A DNA stretch of 64,000 nt, taken from Candidatus Bathyarchaeota archaeon. GTDB lineage: Archaea; Thermoproteota; Bathyarchaeia; Bathyarchaeales; Bathycorpusculaceae. The first letter of the stretch is position 1; every line of letters starts with the position of its first letter. The notes under the pieces are model-generated. The model was not told the DNA's origin. It saw nothing but the letters and a program-made list of their open reading frames with translations, and did no database searches. Location of the stretch: assembly GCA_963772455.1 (NCBI GenBank), contig CAVYXJ010000013.1, positions 83,163 to 147,162 of the forward strand, given 5' to 3'. A program made the translations under genes and the position numbers. Shown one piece after another: positions 46,857 through 56,479 of this stretch.

Positions 46857-47942
46857 GAAACCTTGGGTGGATACCTGTGAACGTGACCGTCTTTTCCCAT
46901 AACCCACGATTCACACCATGCCTTATCAGCGAATGCACGTTCAGCCAGAAGCAGACAACGGTTGCTTTCGAAAATTTTTGACTCGACACGGTAGTTATTT
47001 GCAGCTCGTAGATAAGCTTCTTTTCCTGCAAAATCTAACGTCGCAGCCAGTTCCGATTCCGTTTGTTTTTGTGATAGAGTAAACAAAGCTTCTCCTTGGT
47101 TTTCTTCAGCTACCCCGCTCCAAAAAAACGAATCACAAGCTTCCAAGTCGCTGGCACATTTAGCAAAGGTTTTTTGCGCTTCCAAAAGGTTGTTTTCTTG
47201 GAGCAATTTGGCTCCTTTTCTGAGAAGCTGCAAATCAGAAACCGAAAATACGCCCATGTTTAGGTGTACATTTTCTTTTACTGGTCCATATGAACGGCGG
47301 GTTTGCAGACGAGTTAGGTCTTCTTTTGAGTTTATGTTAATGAAGCTCTTTAGTTCCGGGTCGAGTGCTTTTATTTCGTTTACTGGAGAAATCAGCAAGG
47401 TTTTGCTGGCTCCTCGTGGAATATCATCTGAGCGAGGCCGTTTCAGTTGGCATAGTGTATCCGTGATTTCTAAACTACTTTGGCGTTCCAAGAACCATTA
47501 TAAGGGTTTCAAGTCTGCCGTTAGGCCACATTGGAACAACCACATCAGACTCTTCCGCTTCATTAAACATATATTCAGCAACTTTGGGCTGCAAAAAAGG
47601 CATATCGCAAGGCAAAGTTAAGCAATAATCCGCTTGAACAGCTCTTAAACCTGACATGATTGCCACGTTTGGGCCACTTATGTGGCTAATTTTTTCGTCA
47701 ATAACAATCCTGACGTTTTTAATGGCATATTGTTCTAAAGTTTTAGTATATTTCGCTTTTCGTTCCTCATCGTTTACACACACAACGATTTCATCGACAA
47801 TGTCCTTGACGTTTTCCATAGCGTGGATTAAAAGAGGTTTACCGTTGAGTTCAGCTAGGGCTTTATCTCGCCAGATTGCATCTATTGTTTGGAATCTGCG
47901 AGCTTTTCCCCCTGCCAAAATGAGTGCAGCCCGTTTAGCCAT
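46853..47942 (-). CDS. mobA: Molybdenum cofactor guanylyltransferase with C-terminal extension; +1 frameshift at ~47490
   Basis: ILAGGKARRF..DKAL, PCDMPF; FININSKEDL in the next frame. Confidence 0.8.
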
Positions 47943-47951
47943 CACGTTTCC

Positions 47952-48611
47952 TCAGTTAACGGTTTTTGTGCTTGCTTTACCTAATTGTTCTTTTATAAGC
48001 GTGATTAGTTTTTGGCCCTCTTCAGGAATCTTGATTATCGGTATATTTCCATAAGATGTATTGGTTGCGTTTGTGGCTGCAATACCTGTAATCGCAATGA
48101 TTGGCTCAACTGTTCCCTGCAACGTTTCTTCGAGTCCTTCTCTGTTTTTCGCTGTAATAATTTTGGGCACATCAACTCTTTTAGCTATTAAGCTGTGGAA
48201 GCCTTCAATGAATACGATATCGAGTTTCTCTTGTTCCAAAAGAGCGATTATTTGGTTTAAATCGTTGAGTGCCATCTCGGTTTTTTTGATGATGTCTATT
48301 TCTTCAGGTGAAATGGCAACAATGACTTTGGAGCCTGCCTTTGCATAACGCCAAGTGTTGGTTCCTTCTTTATCCATCGTGAAGCCTTTGTGGTGGACAT
48401 GCTTTATTGAGCCGATTTGGTAGCCTTCAGCTGACAGATGAGAAATAAGGTACTCTAAAGTAACTGTTTTTCCTGAACCGCTAACGCCAACAGCGGCTAT
48501 AACTAAAACCGTAAAGTCGCACACTCCGCATGGAATCAAGTTGCTTGGCTTTTTATAAATAATGCTCAAGCTGTTTGCTTTCTGCGGTAGTTTTCTTAAA
48601 GATAGCGCCAA
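47952..48611 (-). CDS. mobB: Molybdopterin-guanine dinucleotide biosynthesis protein B (copy 1; true start likely near 48510)
   Basis: VGVSGSGKT, IKHVHH, GTNTWRY..AG, IEGFH. Confidence 0.85.
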   Translation of the reverse strand: MALSLRKLPQKANSLSIIYKKPSNLIPCGVCDFTVLVIAAVGVSGSGKTVTLEYLISHLSAEGYQIGSIKHVHHKGFTMDKEGTNTWRYAKAGSKVIVAISPEEIDIIKKTEMALNDLNQIIALLEQEKLDIVFIEGFHSLIAKRVDVPKIITAKNREGLEETLQGTVEPIIAITGIAATNATNTSYGNIPIIKIPEEGQKLITLIKEQLGKASTKTVN

Positions 48612-48673
48612 CCGCTGGTTGTCATTAAACCATATATGGCTGTTTTAAGATAAAAACAGTTCAGGTGTAGTTA

Positions 48674-49184
48674 GTGCCAAAGCTTGTAGCGGTTGTCGGT
48701 GGGAAGCATTCTGGAAAAACCACTGTGATTGAGCATTTGATAGTTGAGCTCAAGCGTCGTGGGTACCGAGTGGGAGCTGTTAAGGAGATGGTTCGGATTC
48801 CAACGTTGGATACGCCAGCAACCGAAACCGACAGGTACAGCATTGCAGGAGCAGAAACGATAGTTGCCGTTCCAAGAGACGAAACTGTGGTTTTCATCAA
48901 AAGAAGATTGAACATAGAAGAAATCGTGCCTTTCCTAGAAGGGTTAGATTATGTTGTTTTAGAAGGCTTTGAGTCAGAAAAAATGCTTCCTAAAATAATC
49001 GCAGCAAAAACCGCTGATGAAGCAAAAAGCTATTATGATCCTCTCTACCATCGCCGTTTCAGGAATAATAACTGAATCAGACATCGAAACCAAAAAAGCG
49101 GCTGCCATAAAAGTTCCAATATTCAATTTGACTGAAACTGAAGCCTTGACTGATTTGATTGAGAAAAAAGCTATTGAAATGTAG
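48674..49184 (+). CDS. mobB: MobB copy 2; +1 frameshift at ~49046
   Basis: GGKHSGKTT, ETDRYSIAGA, VLEGF; corrected C-terminus TIAVSGII..LIEKKAIEM. Confidence 0.8.
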
Positions 49185-49185
49185 C

Positions 49186-49690
49186 TTAACGGACTTCGAT
49201 TGCTACTACGCCTCTGACCCATCTTTGTGCAAATTGATCGCTGCCTATTATGAGTCGCAGTGGTCCTTCACCATCATCTTTTAGCGCTGTCAAGGGTGAG
49301 CCGTTTCTTTGGTAGGCTATGATAGTGTTTTGGTTCATTGCATCTTGGATACTTATGGTCGTTCCGTAGCCGTCTGAAGCTTGAATGTATACGGAGGTGG
49401 CACTTGTCAAGGATGATGGCTTGGGCAAGTAATTCTGGAAGTTGAACGCCGGTGTAATTGTAAACACCGTTGTCTGATGGTCTGCTGCTAGACGACAATG
49501 TAACTTGTACAGTTGTTGATGGTTGTGTTTTGAGTTGGCTAAGTGTCAGTGTTGTTGGGTTGTTTACTTTTCCCTTAATCTGTAAGACATCAGTTTGCGT
49601 TGTTTCTGGACGCGTATAATAATATAGCGGCACTGCTGCGATAATCAAAAAAATAAAGAAGACAAAAACAATTTTTGAGGCTTTCTTCAA
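49186..49690 (-). CDS. Membrane-anchored sulfite-oxidase-fold (molybdopterin-binding-like) protein without Cys; +1 frameshift at ~49409
   Basis: N-terminal TM; LQIKGKV..LTLSQL, YTGVQL, ASDGY, IIAYQRNG, GPLRLI, RWVRGV. Confidence 0.7.
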
Positions 49691-49701
49691 GCAAAAACGC
49701 C

Positions 49702-50628
49702 TTAGGTTACTGTAACTCCTGAAACCCACCTAACCCAATATTGACCCCACTTAAAATCTTCCGTTGGAACAACAAGGCGGTAAGGTTGACCGTTAACAGG
49801 TGTTAGGTAAGCGCCGTTTTCTTGGTATCCAATCAAGATACCAAGGTCTTTGGCTTGCTGGATCGTGTATTCTCGGCTGTAACCGTCAATTGCTAACACA
49901 GTGACTTTGCTGGCGCCTTCTGAGACACCGCTGGCTTGCAGAATACTCCAAAGACTCACACCAGTCCACTCAGAAGTTCTTTGGGGTTCTCCACCTGGAG
50001 CAAGCGCTGCCTGCACAGTTATGGGTTCATAATTTGCTAAGTTGTTGCCTGTTAATACAAGTGGGTTAGAGACTGCCCCTGTAAAGTTGATTGTCCACGG
50101 TTGCAAACGGATTTCACTTACGCTTTTAACATTAAAGTTTGATGCTAACCCTGGAGTTATTAGTTTTAGTGGTCCTTCAGAAATATCAGTTATCCAGTTT
50201 CCATTCTTGGCAAACGCCAAAATTATTTCTTCACCTGAATACTGTGTGCTGTTGTAGGCTTGATAGGTGTTTATTGTTTTGTTGAAGCCATCAGATGCAA
50301 TTACGTTGATAAAGCCTGCATCCCATGAGGCACCGATGTGGTTGAGAAGCTGGAGCATTGTTACTCCGATGTAATTGGCTGTTTCGCCTTTAATTGTGCT
50401 TGTTACGTTTGTCAAGGGCATCTGGGTAAGGTCATCTATAGTCACGGTTTTTTCTGATGCAATGTCACCTGTGATTTTGAGTTGAACCTGCGGTGGATTA
50501 CCACTAGGTAAACCTAAATTGCTTTTTTGAGCTGGACCGCCTGTTAAATAATAAATGGATGCTGTTAATGCAATAATAACTACAGCTAATGTTGAAACCG
50601 CTAAAACGATTTTTCTGGTTTTATTCAA
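49702..50628 (-). CDS. Membrane-anchored protein with two tandem sulfite-oxidase-fold domains, no Cys
   Basis: N-terminal TM; two copies of xTGV.L / A.DG[FY] / NG..GP[LY][KR]L; NxS/T sequons. Confidence 0.75.
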   Translation of the reverse strand: MNKTRKIVLAVSTLAVVIIALTASIYYLTGGPAQKSNLGLPSGNPPQVQLKITGDIASEKTVTIDDLTQMPLTNVTSTIKGETANYIGVTMLQLLNHIGASWDAGFINVIASDGFNKTINTYQAYNSTQYSGEEIILAFAKNGNWITDISEGPLKLITPGLASNFNVKSVSEIRLQPWTINFTGAVSNPLVLTGNNLANYEPITVQAALAPGGEPQRTSEWTGVSLWSILQASGVSEGASKVTVLAIDGYSREYTIQQAKDLGILIGYQENGAYLTPVNGQPYRLVVPTEDFKWGQYWVRWVSGVTVT

Positions 50629-51259
50629 TTTTTTTTCCTCCGAAACCGATTTTTCCTACTCTAAATAGAAGCATGTTAGCGATGAATCCTCCAATGCAAC
50701 CGCTTATTGCTGCAACAACACTCAAAAATGAGAGCACCCCCAAAGGCAAAAACAGAACTAATGCTCCCACTGAAATGGTTCCGACAACATTAGCTATTGC
50801 TGCGGCACCGATGCAACAGGCTGAACAGCAGGCTTTATGCTTTGAAATCAAAAAGAAAGCGTCGATTGCTAAGCCAGGGGCAAGATAGATGACAAATGAG
50901 AGGAGACCGAAGTTGCCGAATGGAAGCAGCAGACTAATGAAGGCTTGTGTTAAGGAGACCATTGAGGCAGCCCCGATTTTACGTACAAGACCAAACGCCA
51001 TTACTGGCCACATCATGTATAATCCTCCGGCTACAGCACCAGTTGGGACGTACAGTGGTCCTGTTATAGCGGCGACGAGTGGGTGGATAACATTTTTTGT
51101 TGCTAAGCCAAGGCTTGCGAAGAGTGCCATTAGGACTAAGTCTGTGGTAGCGATTTTTAGGGTGCCTTTTGCCAAGTTTTGGTGTGGTTGATTCATGCAA
51201 AACTCCGATGTTATCACTTTGTAACATCGATAAAATAAACCTATCGTTAAAAAAAACAA
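50621..51259 (-). CDS. ECF transporter S-component (YkoE/MptD-like)
   Basis: TTDLVLMALFASL (AxxxA-like), ~6 TM, RKIGAASMV, LAPGLAID. Confidence 0.65.
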   Translation of the reverse strand: MFFLTIGLFYRCYKVITSEFCMNQPHQNLAKGTLKIATTDLVLMALFASLGLATKNVIHPLVAAITGPLYVPTGAVAGGLYMMWPVMAFGLVRKIGAASMVSLTQAFISLLLPFGNFGLLSFVIYLAPGLAIDAFFLISKHKACCSACCIGAAAIANVVGTISVGALVLFLPLGVLSFLSVVAAISGCIGGFIANMLLFRVGKIGFGGKKIE

Positions 51260-51270
51260 ACAAAACCAAA

Positions 51271-51600
51271 TTATGAAAGTTCCATTACAACGCCATCAAG
51301 TTTTAACTGAGCGTTCCGGTATCTTTTCACCAAATCTTTGCCAAAATCCGTAACCTCCGAAGAACCACCACCCTTTGCCCCACCGCGAACCCGAGTAACC
51401 AAAGACTCACCTAACCTCTCCTCAGCCAAAGTTAGTCTATGCAAAGCATACCGATAAGACATCTTCAACTCATTAGCAGCCTCTAAAACAGAATGCCGTT
51501 TATCAATTTCTTCGAGCAATTCAGCTAAACCATTTCCAAAAACTGCTTCGCCTTTATCGTTAACCATCCAAAGCTTAATCGCAAAACCTAAAGCGCACAA
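51271..51600 (-). CDS. modE: ModE-type winged-helix regulator (DNA-binding domain only)
   Basis: VFGNGLAELLEEI..SVLEAANELKMSYRYA..RGGAKGGGSSEVT. Confidence 0.8.
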   Translation of the reverse strand: MCALGFAIKLWMVNDKGEAVFGNGLAELLEEIDKRHSVLEAANELKMSYRYALHRLTLAEERLGESLVTRVRGGAKGGGSSEVTDFGKDLVKRYRNAQLKLDGVVMELS

Positions 51601-51746
51601 TTGTTGCTCACCGCTTGTAGTTAGGGGAGTTGAAGGGAATTAAGCTTAATGCCTGTTTTGTGAGATTGATGGTTTCTATTATCTATTTTTTATTGCAGGT
51701 TGTTGGAGCGTTGTGTTTAGTAAATCATAACGCTTTTATAAATGTG

Positions 51747-51770
51747 ATATATACAATATATACTGTATAT
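51747..51770. promoter_or_regulatory. Candidate operator between divergent modE and nfnAB operons
   Basis: ATATATAC-A-ATATATAC direct repeat overlapping palindrome ATATAC-T-GTATAT. Confidence 0.4.
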
Positions 51771-51810
51771 TTTTAACATATTTTGTACAGGTTAAGTGGA
51801 GAAGCGGAAA

Positions 51811-52698
51811 ATGGAAAGCAACAAACAAAACCAAGAAAATGCAAATACCTACAAAATCCTCCAAAAACAGCAACTAAACCCACAAGTAAAACTTTTAAAA
51901 ATCCATGCGCCAAACATAGCCCAAAAAGCCCAACCCGGACAATTCGTTATCCTGAAAGCACACCAAAACAGCGAACGTATTCCCCTAACCTTAGCCTGCT
52001 GGGATAAACACGCCGGCACAATTACCCTCATTTTCCAAGAAGTGGGATACTCAACAATCGAACTGGGCAAACTCGAAATTGGCAACAGAATAGAAAACCT
52101 CGCCGGTCCCCTGGGAAAACCCAGTGACATCCAAAGATACGGCAAAGTCGCAGTTGTATGCGGAGGAGTCGGAACTGCCGTTGCGTATCCAATCGCTAAA
52201 GCCCTCAAAGAGGCCAAAAACTGCGTTGTAACCATCATGGGCGCAAGAAACCAAGACCTCTTCATATTAACTCCCGAAATGATATCCGTGTCAAATGAAT
52301 TCTACTTCACCACCGACGACGGCGCAAAAGGAACAAAAGGCTTCGTCACAGACGTTCTCAAAACCCTGCTCGGAGAAGGCTACAAATTTGACGTTGTCTT
52401 CGCGGTCGGTCCTCCAATAATGATGAGTGCAGTCGCCGAAGTCACACGACCTTTTGGCATAAAAACAATCGTAAGTTTAAACCCCATTATGGTTGACGGC
52501 ATGGGCATGTGCGGAGCTTGCCGAGTATCAGTCGGCGAAACGATCCAATTTGCATGTGTAGATGGTCCAGAATTCGACGCCCACAAAGTTAATTTCAGAG
52601 AACTCGTTCAGCGGCTCAAGAGTTACTCAACAGAAGAAAAAGTCACCACTCAATGTAACGTTTTGGAAGGAGGCAATTGTAAATGTCACAACCAATGA
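51811..52698 (+). CDS. nfnA: Electron-bifurcating transhydrogenase small subunit (NfnA/SudB)
   Basis: ERIPLT, GGVGTA, DGMGMCGACRV..CVDGPEF. Confidence 0.88.
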   Translation: MESNKQNQENANTYKILQKQQLNPQVKLLKIHAPNIAQKAQPGQFVILKAHQNSERIPLTLACWDKHAGTITLIFQEVGYSTIELGKLEIGNRIENLAGPLGKPSDIQRYGKVAVVCGGVGTAVAYPIAKALKEAKNCVVTIMGARNQDLFILTPEMISVSNEFYFTTDDGAKGTKGFVTDVLKTLLGEGYKFDVVFAVGPPIMMSAVAEVTRPFGIKTIVSLNPIMVDGMGMCGACRVSVGETIQFACVDGPEFDAHKVNFRELVQRLKSYSTEEKVTTQCNVLEGGNCKCHNQ

Positions 52699-54143
52699 AC
52701 ACCTCTAGAAATCGTTGGCAAGCTGTTGATGCAGCAAAACAAGACCCCAGGGCACGGGCGAAAAATTTTGGAGAAGTCCTACTGGGGTATTCCGAGAAAC
52801 AAGCCTTGGTTGAAGCTTCGCGGTGTTTAACATGCTCCACAGCCCAATGCGTTTTGGGTTGTCCAGTTGGCGTTGACATTCCCGCCTTTATTAAATCCAT
52901 AAAAGAAAGAAAATACAGCGAAGCCATTGCGAAAATAAGAGAAAAAAACAGTTTACCCGCAATTTGCGGTAGAGTTTGCCCGCAAGAAGAACAATGCCAA
53001 AAAAACTGCATTATGGGCAGAAAAGGCGACTCCGTTTCGATTGGTCGACTTGAACGATTTGCTGCAGATTTAGAGCTGGAAAAAGGCCAACGGTCCCATG
53101 GTAAAGTGCCTTTGAACGGCAAAAAAGTAGCAGTAGTCGGGGCAGGTCCTGCTGGCTTAACTGTTGCGGCGAATTTAGCTAAACTTGGGTATAAAGTTGT
53201 GATTTACGAAGCACTGCATGTTGCGGGCGGCGTTTTGGTCTATGGTATCCCAGAGTTTCGGTTGCCTAAACACGTTGTTCAAGCAGAAGTGAACTACGTT
53301 AGGAGTTTAGGCGTTGAATTGCAGACTGACGCGTTAATCGGCAGATTATTCACCGTGAAGGAACTGCTGGCAAACGGGTTCGAAGCGGTTTTCATAGGCA
53401 CAGGCGCAGGTCTACCAAAATTCATGGGAATACCCGGAGAAAACCTCTGCGGAATCTACTCCGCCAACGAATTCTTAATCCGCGTTAACCTAATGAAATC
53501 CTACCAGTTCCCAGAATATAAAACACCAATCCACATAGGTAAAAAAGTAGCAGTCATCGGTGGTGGGAACGTCGCTTTAGATTCAGCCCGTTGCGCGTTG
53601 CGATTGGGCGCTGAAAGAGTCGTCATTGTTTATAGACGGTCAAGGGACGAAATGCCAGCACGTGAAGAGGAAATCAGCAACGCTGAAGAAGAAGGTATAA
53701 TCTTCAAGTATCTTGCTTGCCCCACCCAGTTCATTGCAGACGACAAAGGCCAAATTAAAGGCATGGAATACGTCACTATGAAACTCAGTGAACCCGACGC
53801 GTCAGGCAGAAGTAAACCCCTACCCATCAAAGGCTCTGAAGCAATTTTGGACGTTGACACTGTAATCGTCGCAATAGGACGTACCCCAAACCCCATAATC
53901 CAATCCACAACCGAAGGCCTAAAAACCCTAATTGGCGGCATCATAGAAATCAACCGAAAAACTGGGCAAACTAGCCTTGAAGCAGTCTACGCAGGCGGCG
54001 ACATAGCCACGGGAGAAGCAACCGTTATCAGCGCGATGGGTTCAGGAACAATAGCAGCCAAAAGCATCGACGACCACTTAAAGAATAAACCTCAAAAAGA
54101 AAGAGAAATAGAACGCGAAATGCCTAAAAGCAAAGTGATTTGA
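52683..54143 (+). CDS. nfnB: Electron-bifurcating transhydrogenase large subunit (NfnB/SudA, GltD-like)
   Basis: RCLTC..CVLGCP, CGRVCPQEEQC, GAGPAG, GGGNVALD, GGDIATG. Confidence 0.88.
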   Translation: MSQPMNTSRNRWQAVDAAKQDPRARAKNFGEVLLGYSEKQALVEASRCLTCSTAQCVLGCPVGVDIPAFIKSIKERKYSEAIAKIREKNSLPAICGRVCPQEEQCQKNCIMGRKGDSVSIGRLERFAADLELEKGQRSHGKVPLNGKKVAVVGAGPAGLTVAANLAKLGYKVVIYEALHVAGGVLVYGIPEFRLPKHVVQAEVNYVRSLGVELQTDALIGRLFTVKELLANGFEAVFIGTGAGLPKFMGIPGENLCGIYSANEFLIRVNLMKSYQFPEYKTPIHIGKKVAVIGGGNVALDSARCALRLGAERVVIVYRRSRDEMPAREEEISNAEEEGIIFKYLACPTQFIADDKGQIKGMEYVTMKLSEPDASGRSKPLPIKGSEAILDVDTVIVAIGRTPNPIIQSTTEGLKTLIGGIIEINRKTGQTSLEAVYAGGDIATGEATVISAMGSGTIAAKSIDDHLKNKPQKEREIEREMPKSKVI

Positions 54144-54147
54144 AGTT

Positions 54148-55206
54148 TTATTTTTCTTTTTTTGTTTCTTCATGCTCAATGCCCGATTCAGGGTTGGGCG
54201 TTTTAAAGGCGCGGTTCACTGTCATTTCAGCCATGCTAAATGCGCAATGACAGATTCTTTTTATGTCATCACGGGTTGAGCATATGCCGCACACTAAGTC
54301 AGAGCTTTTTGGGGGACCAGTGAAGGATTTTGTGGCTATTTCTACTTCGGCTTTGTCCATTTTTTGGCGGTACTTCATTATTTCAACTGCGGCGTCTATG
54401 TCTTTGGCGAAGAAGGCGGCGATTCCTTTATTGAAAAGATCCAGGACTTCTCTTCCTGTAGTAATCATAATCGCCAACACATTGTCGGGAATCTTTTGTT
54501 TTGCGCCGTTTAGCATAATGATGTGGCGGGAGATGTCGGCTGCATAGTCAGCTGCATATTCCATCCGGTAAACTAGAATTTGATGATCCATACAATCGAG
54601 CGGATCAACATGTAACTCTTTGGCCAGAGTCGGATTTTGGGCTGCGTCGCGCAGGATTCGCAGGATGAAGAATGCAAAATGATCCACGTCTTCGTCGAGA
54701 GTCATGACCGACTTAGCCAGTTCTATATCTCCGGTTTGCAACGCGTTAATAGCGCTTTCAACCATCGACGAGGCGATGAGGTGCATACGTTGTACGGCCT
54801 GCTCTAGGGAAGCCTTCGACTCGTCCATGAGGCTTTGGATGTAAACGCATTTTGAATCTGCTTCCATGACTCTCATGTAGAGCCTTCCAGCCATATGCCG
54901 AATTGCTTTCGTTTGATTTACTGTAAAAATTTTTCCTGAGGTAAGTATTATGCCTGAGTAGCCATTGAGGAAGGCACCCAAGATTTTCTGTTTTATGAGA
55001 AGGTCTTCTTCGTTTTGTCCTATGCTCAAAGTTATTTCTTTGGGCTCGGCTTTTTTGAAGGCTCCGGGGTAAATCACGAGTGAGCGGTCCCGTTGAATGG
55101 TGAATGAGACGGAGTCGCCTTTTTCCAAGTCGTTTAATTGCATCCATTCTGGGGGAAGAGAAATAACTGAAGAGGATTTCCCTAAGGACATGATTTTTCG
55201 TTCCAT
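54148..55206 (-). CDS. AbrB/SpoVT-PhoU phosphate-uptake-regulator-type protein
   Basis: MERKIMSLGKSS..ISLPPEW; LDEDVD, EYAADYAADI PhoU repeats. Confidence 0.85.
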   Translation of the reverse strand: MERKIMSLGKSSSVISLPPEWMQLNDLEKGDSVSFTIQRDRSLVIYPGAFKKAEPKEITLSIGQNEEDLLIKQKILGAFLNGYSGIILTSGKIFTVNQTKAIRHMAGRLYMRVMEADSKCVYIQSLMDESKASLEQAVQRMHLIASSMVESAINALQTGDIELAKSVMTLDEDVDHFAFFILRILRDAAQNPTLAKELHVDPLDCMDHQILVYRMEYAADYAADISRHIIMLNGAKQKIPDNVLAIMITTGREVLDLFNKGIAAFFAKDIDAAVEIMKYRQKMDKAEVEIATKSFTGPPKSSDLVCGICSTRDDIKRICHCAFSMAEMTVNRAFKTPNPESGIEHEETKKEK

Positions 55207-55360
55207 ATGTTTTCCCTGCTTGGCAGTATTAACAGTACATACTCTATTTACTAAATATATATTATACTTGTGAAACCTGTTTGTCAAAGGTATCTTTAAC
55301 AACTGTTTTTCAGCAAATCAATTGCAAGAAAATGCCAGTACCGACTTTCCTCTTAAGGAT

Positions 55361-56380
55361 TTATACCTCGATAACCTTCGCGTTACTAAGCACGTTAACG
55401 TTACCATTGCCCTTTGTGATGTAGCCAACTTCGAAATGCCTGACTTTCCGCTTGTCCAATTCGCTCAATAAATCATCGGCGTCCTCTTTGGCTATGGCTA
55501 TTAGCATTCCACCTGCCGTTTCCTTAGCTTCACCTTGCAACAAGGGGTAACCAAAAATTTCAGTTAAAACGGGCGTGCCACGAATTACCGCCAACTGGTC
55601 AATAACGACGTCCACTTTCCCAAGTCCTGCCATATTGGCAGCGTGCCCTTTCAACCCAAAACCAGTCACGTCTGTCGCGGCGTGAACGGGAACTTTCTGC
55701 ATAGCTTCAGCGACCGGTTTGTTTGAGGTAATCATTACTTCAATAGCTTCAGCGACAGCCTCTTCAATTAACACTTCAGAAACTTCTTTTAGTACTTCTC
55801 TGCCCTCTTCTTCCTTACGCAAACGATAAGCAGCCATCGCAGGCGCAATCCCAAGAGGTTTAGTCAAAAACAAACGGTCACCAACCTGAGCCCCTTTTGT
55901 ATAGACAATTTTCTCAATTTCGCTAACAGCAGTTGCCGCCCCTCCAATAATAGGCCAGGGATTCCTGATTGTATGTCCACCAACAACAGGTGCACCCATT
56001 TCGCGGCAGAAATCTCCAAACCCCTTTAGCATTCCTACTGCCAATTCGTCTGGCATGTTTTCGGGAAACGCCATAATAGACAGAACACTGACAATGTTTG
56101 TGACTGCCAAAGCGTAGATGTCACTTGTCACGTTGCTACCTGCGATTCTACCTTGGATTTCAGGTTCGTCAACCATGGGCGTGAAAAAATCAAGCGTATT
56201 TAGTACGGCAAGGTTGTCTGTGATTTTAACGACGCTGGAGTTTTCCCATGGACCAGCCAATACATCTGAATTAAAACTCTCTGTTAAACCTGCGTTATCG
56301 AGCAATCCGCCGAGTTGATACTGTGGAAGTTTGCAACTGCAACCGTGAACTGGAACAACTTTTGTTAATCTGTAAGTCAA
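55361..56380 (-). CDS. selD: Selenophosphate synthetase (SelD/SelD-like), Cys form
   Basis: HGCSCKL, DFFTPMVD, GGHT, LTKPLG, ATDVTGFGL, ETAGGMLI. Confidence 0.88.
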   Translation of the reverse strand: MTYRLTKVVPVHGCSCKLPQYQLGGLLDNAGLTESFNSDVLAGPWENSSVVKITDNLAVLNTLDFFTPMVDEPEIQGRIAGSNVTSDIYALAVTNIVSVLSIMAFPENMPDELAVGMLKGFGDFCREMGAPVVGGHTIRNPWPIIGGAATAVSEIEKIVYTKGAQVGDRLFLTKPLGIAPAMAAYRLRKEEEGREVLKEVSEVLIEEAVAEAIEVMITSNKPVAEAMQKVPVHAATDVTGFGLKGHAANMAGLGKVDVVIDQLAVIRGTPVLTEIFGYPLLQGEAKETAGGMLIAIAKEDADDLLSELDKRKVRHFEVGYITKGNGNVNVLSNAKVIEV

Positions 56381-56479
56381 ATTTCATTTGCTCCAATTGT
56401 CGATATTATTCCAAATAGCACAGGGATTTATAGGTATAAAAATATTCAAACCAAAAAAAATGGAAAAGAAGAGTTTTGG

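Noticed and set aside
52683-54143. Glutamate synthase small subunit (gltD) call
   Set aside because: It is paired with an NfnA/SudB gene and no gltB is nearby, so NfnAB is the better assignment.
40900-56380. Selenoproteins (FwdB, SelD) given selD and SelB-like genes
   Set aside because: Both use Cys codons, no in-frame TGA read-through is seen, and the SelB-like protein lacks a P-loop.
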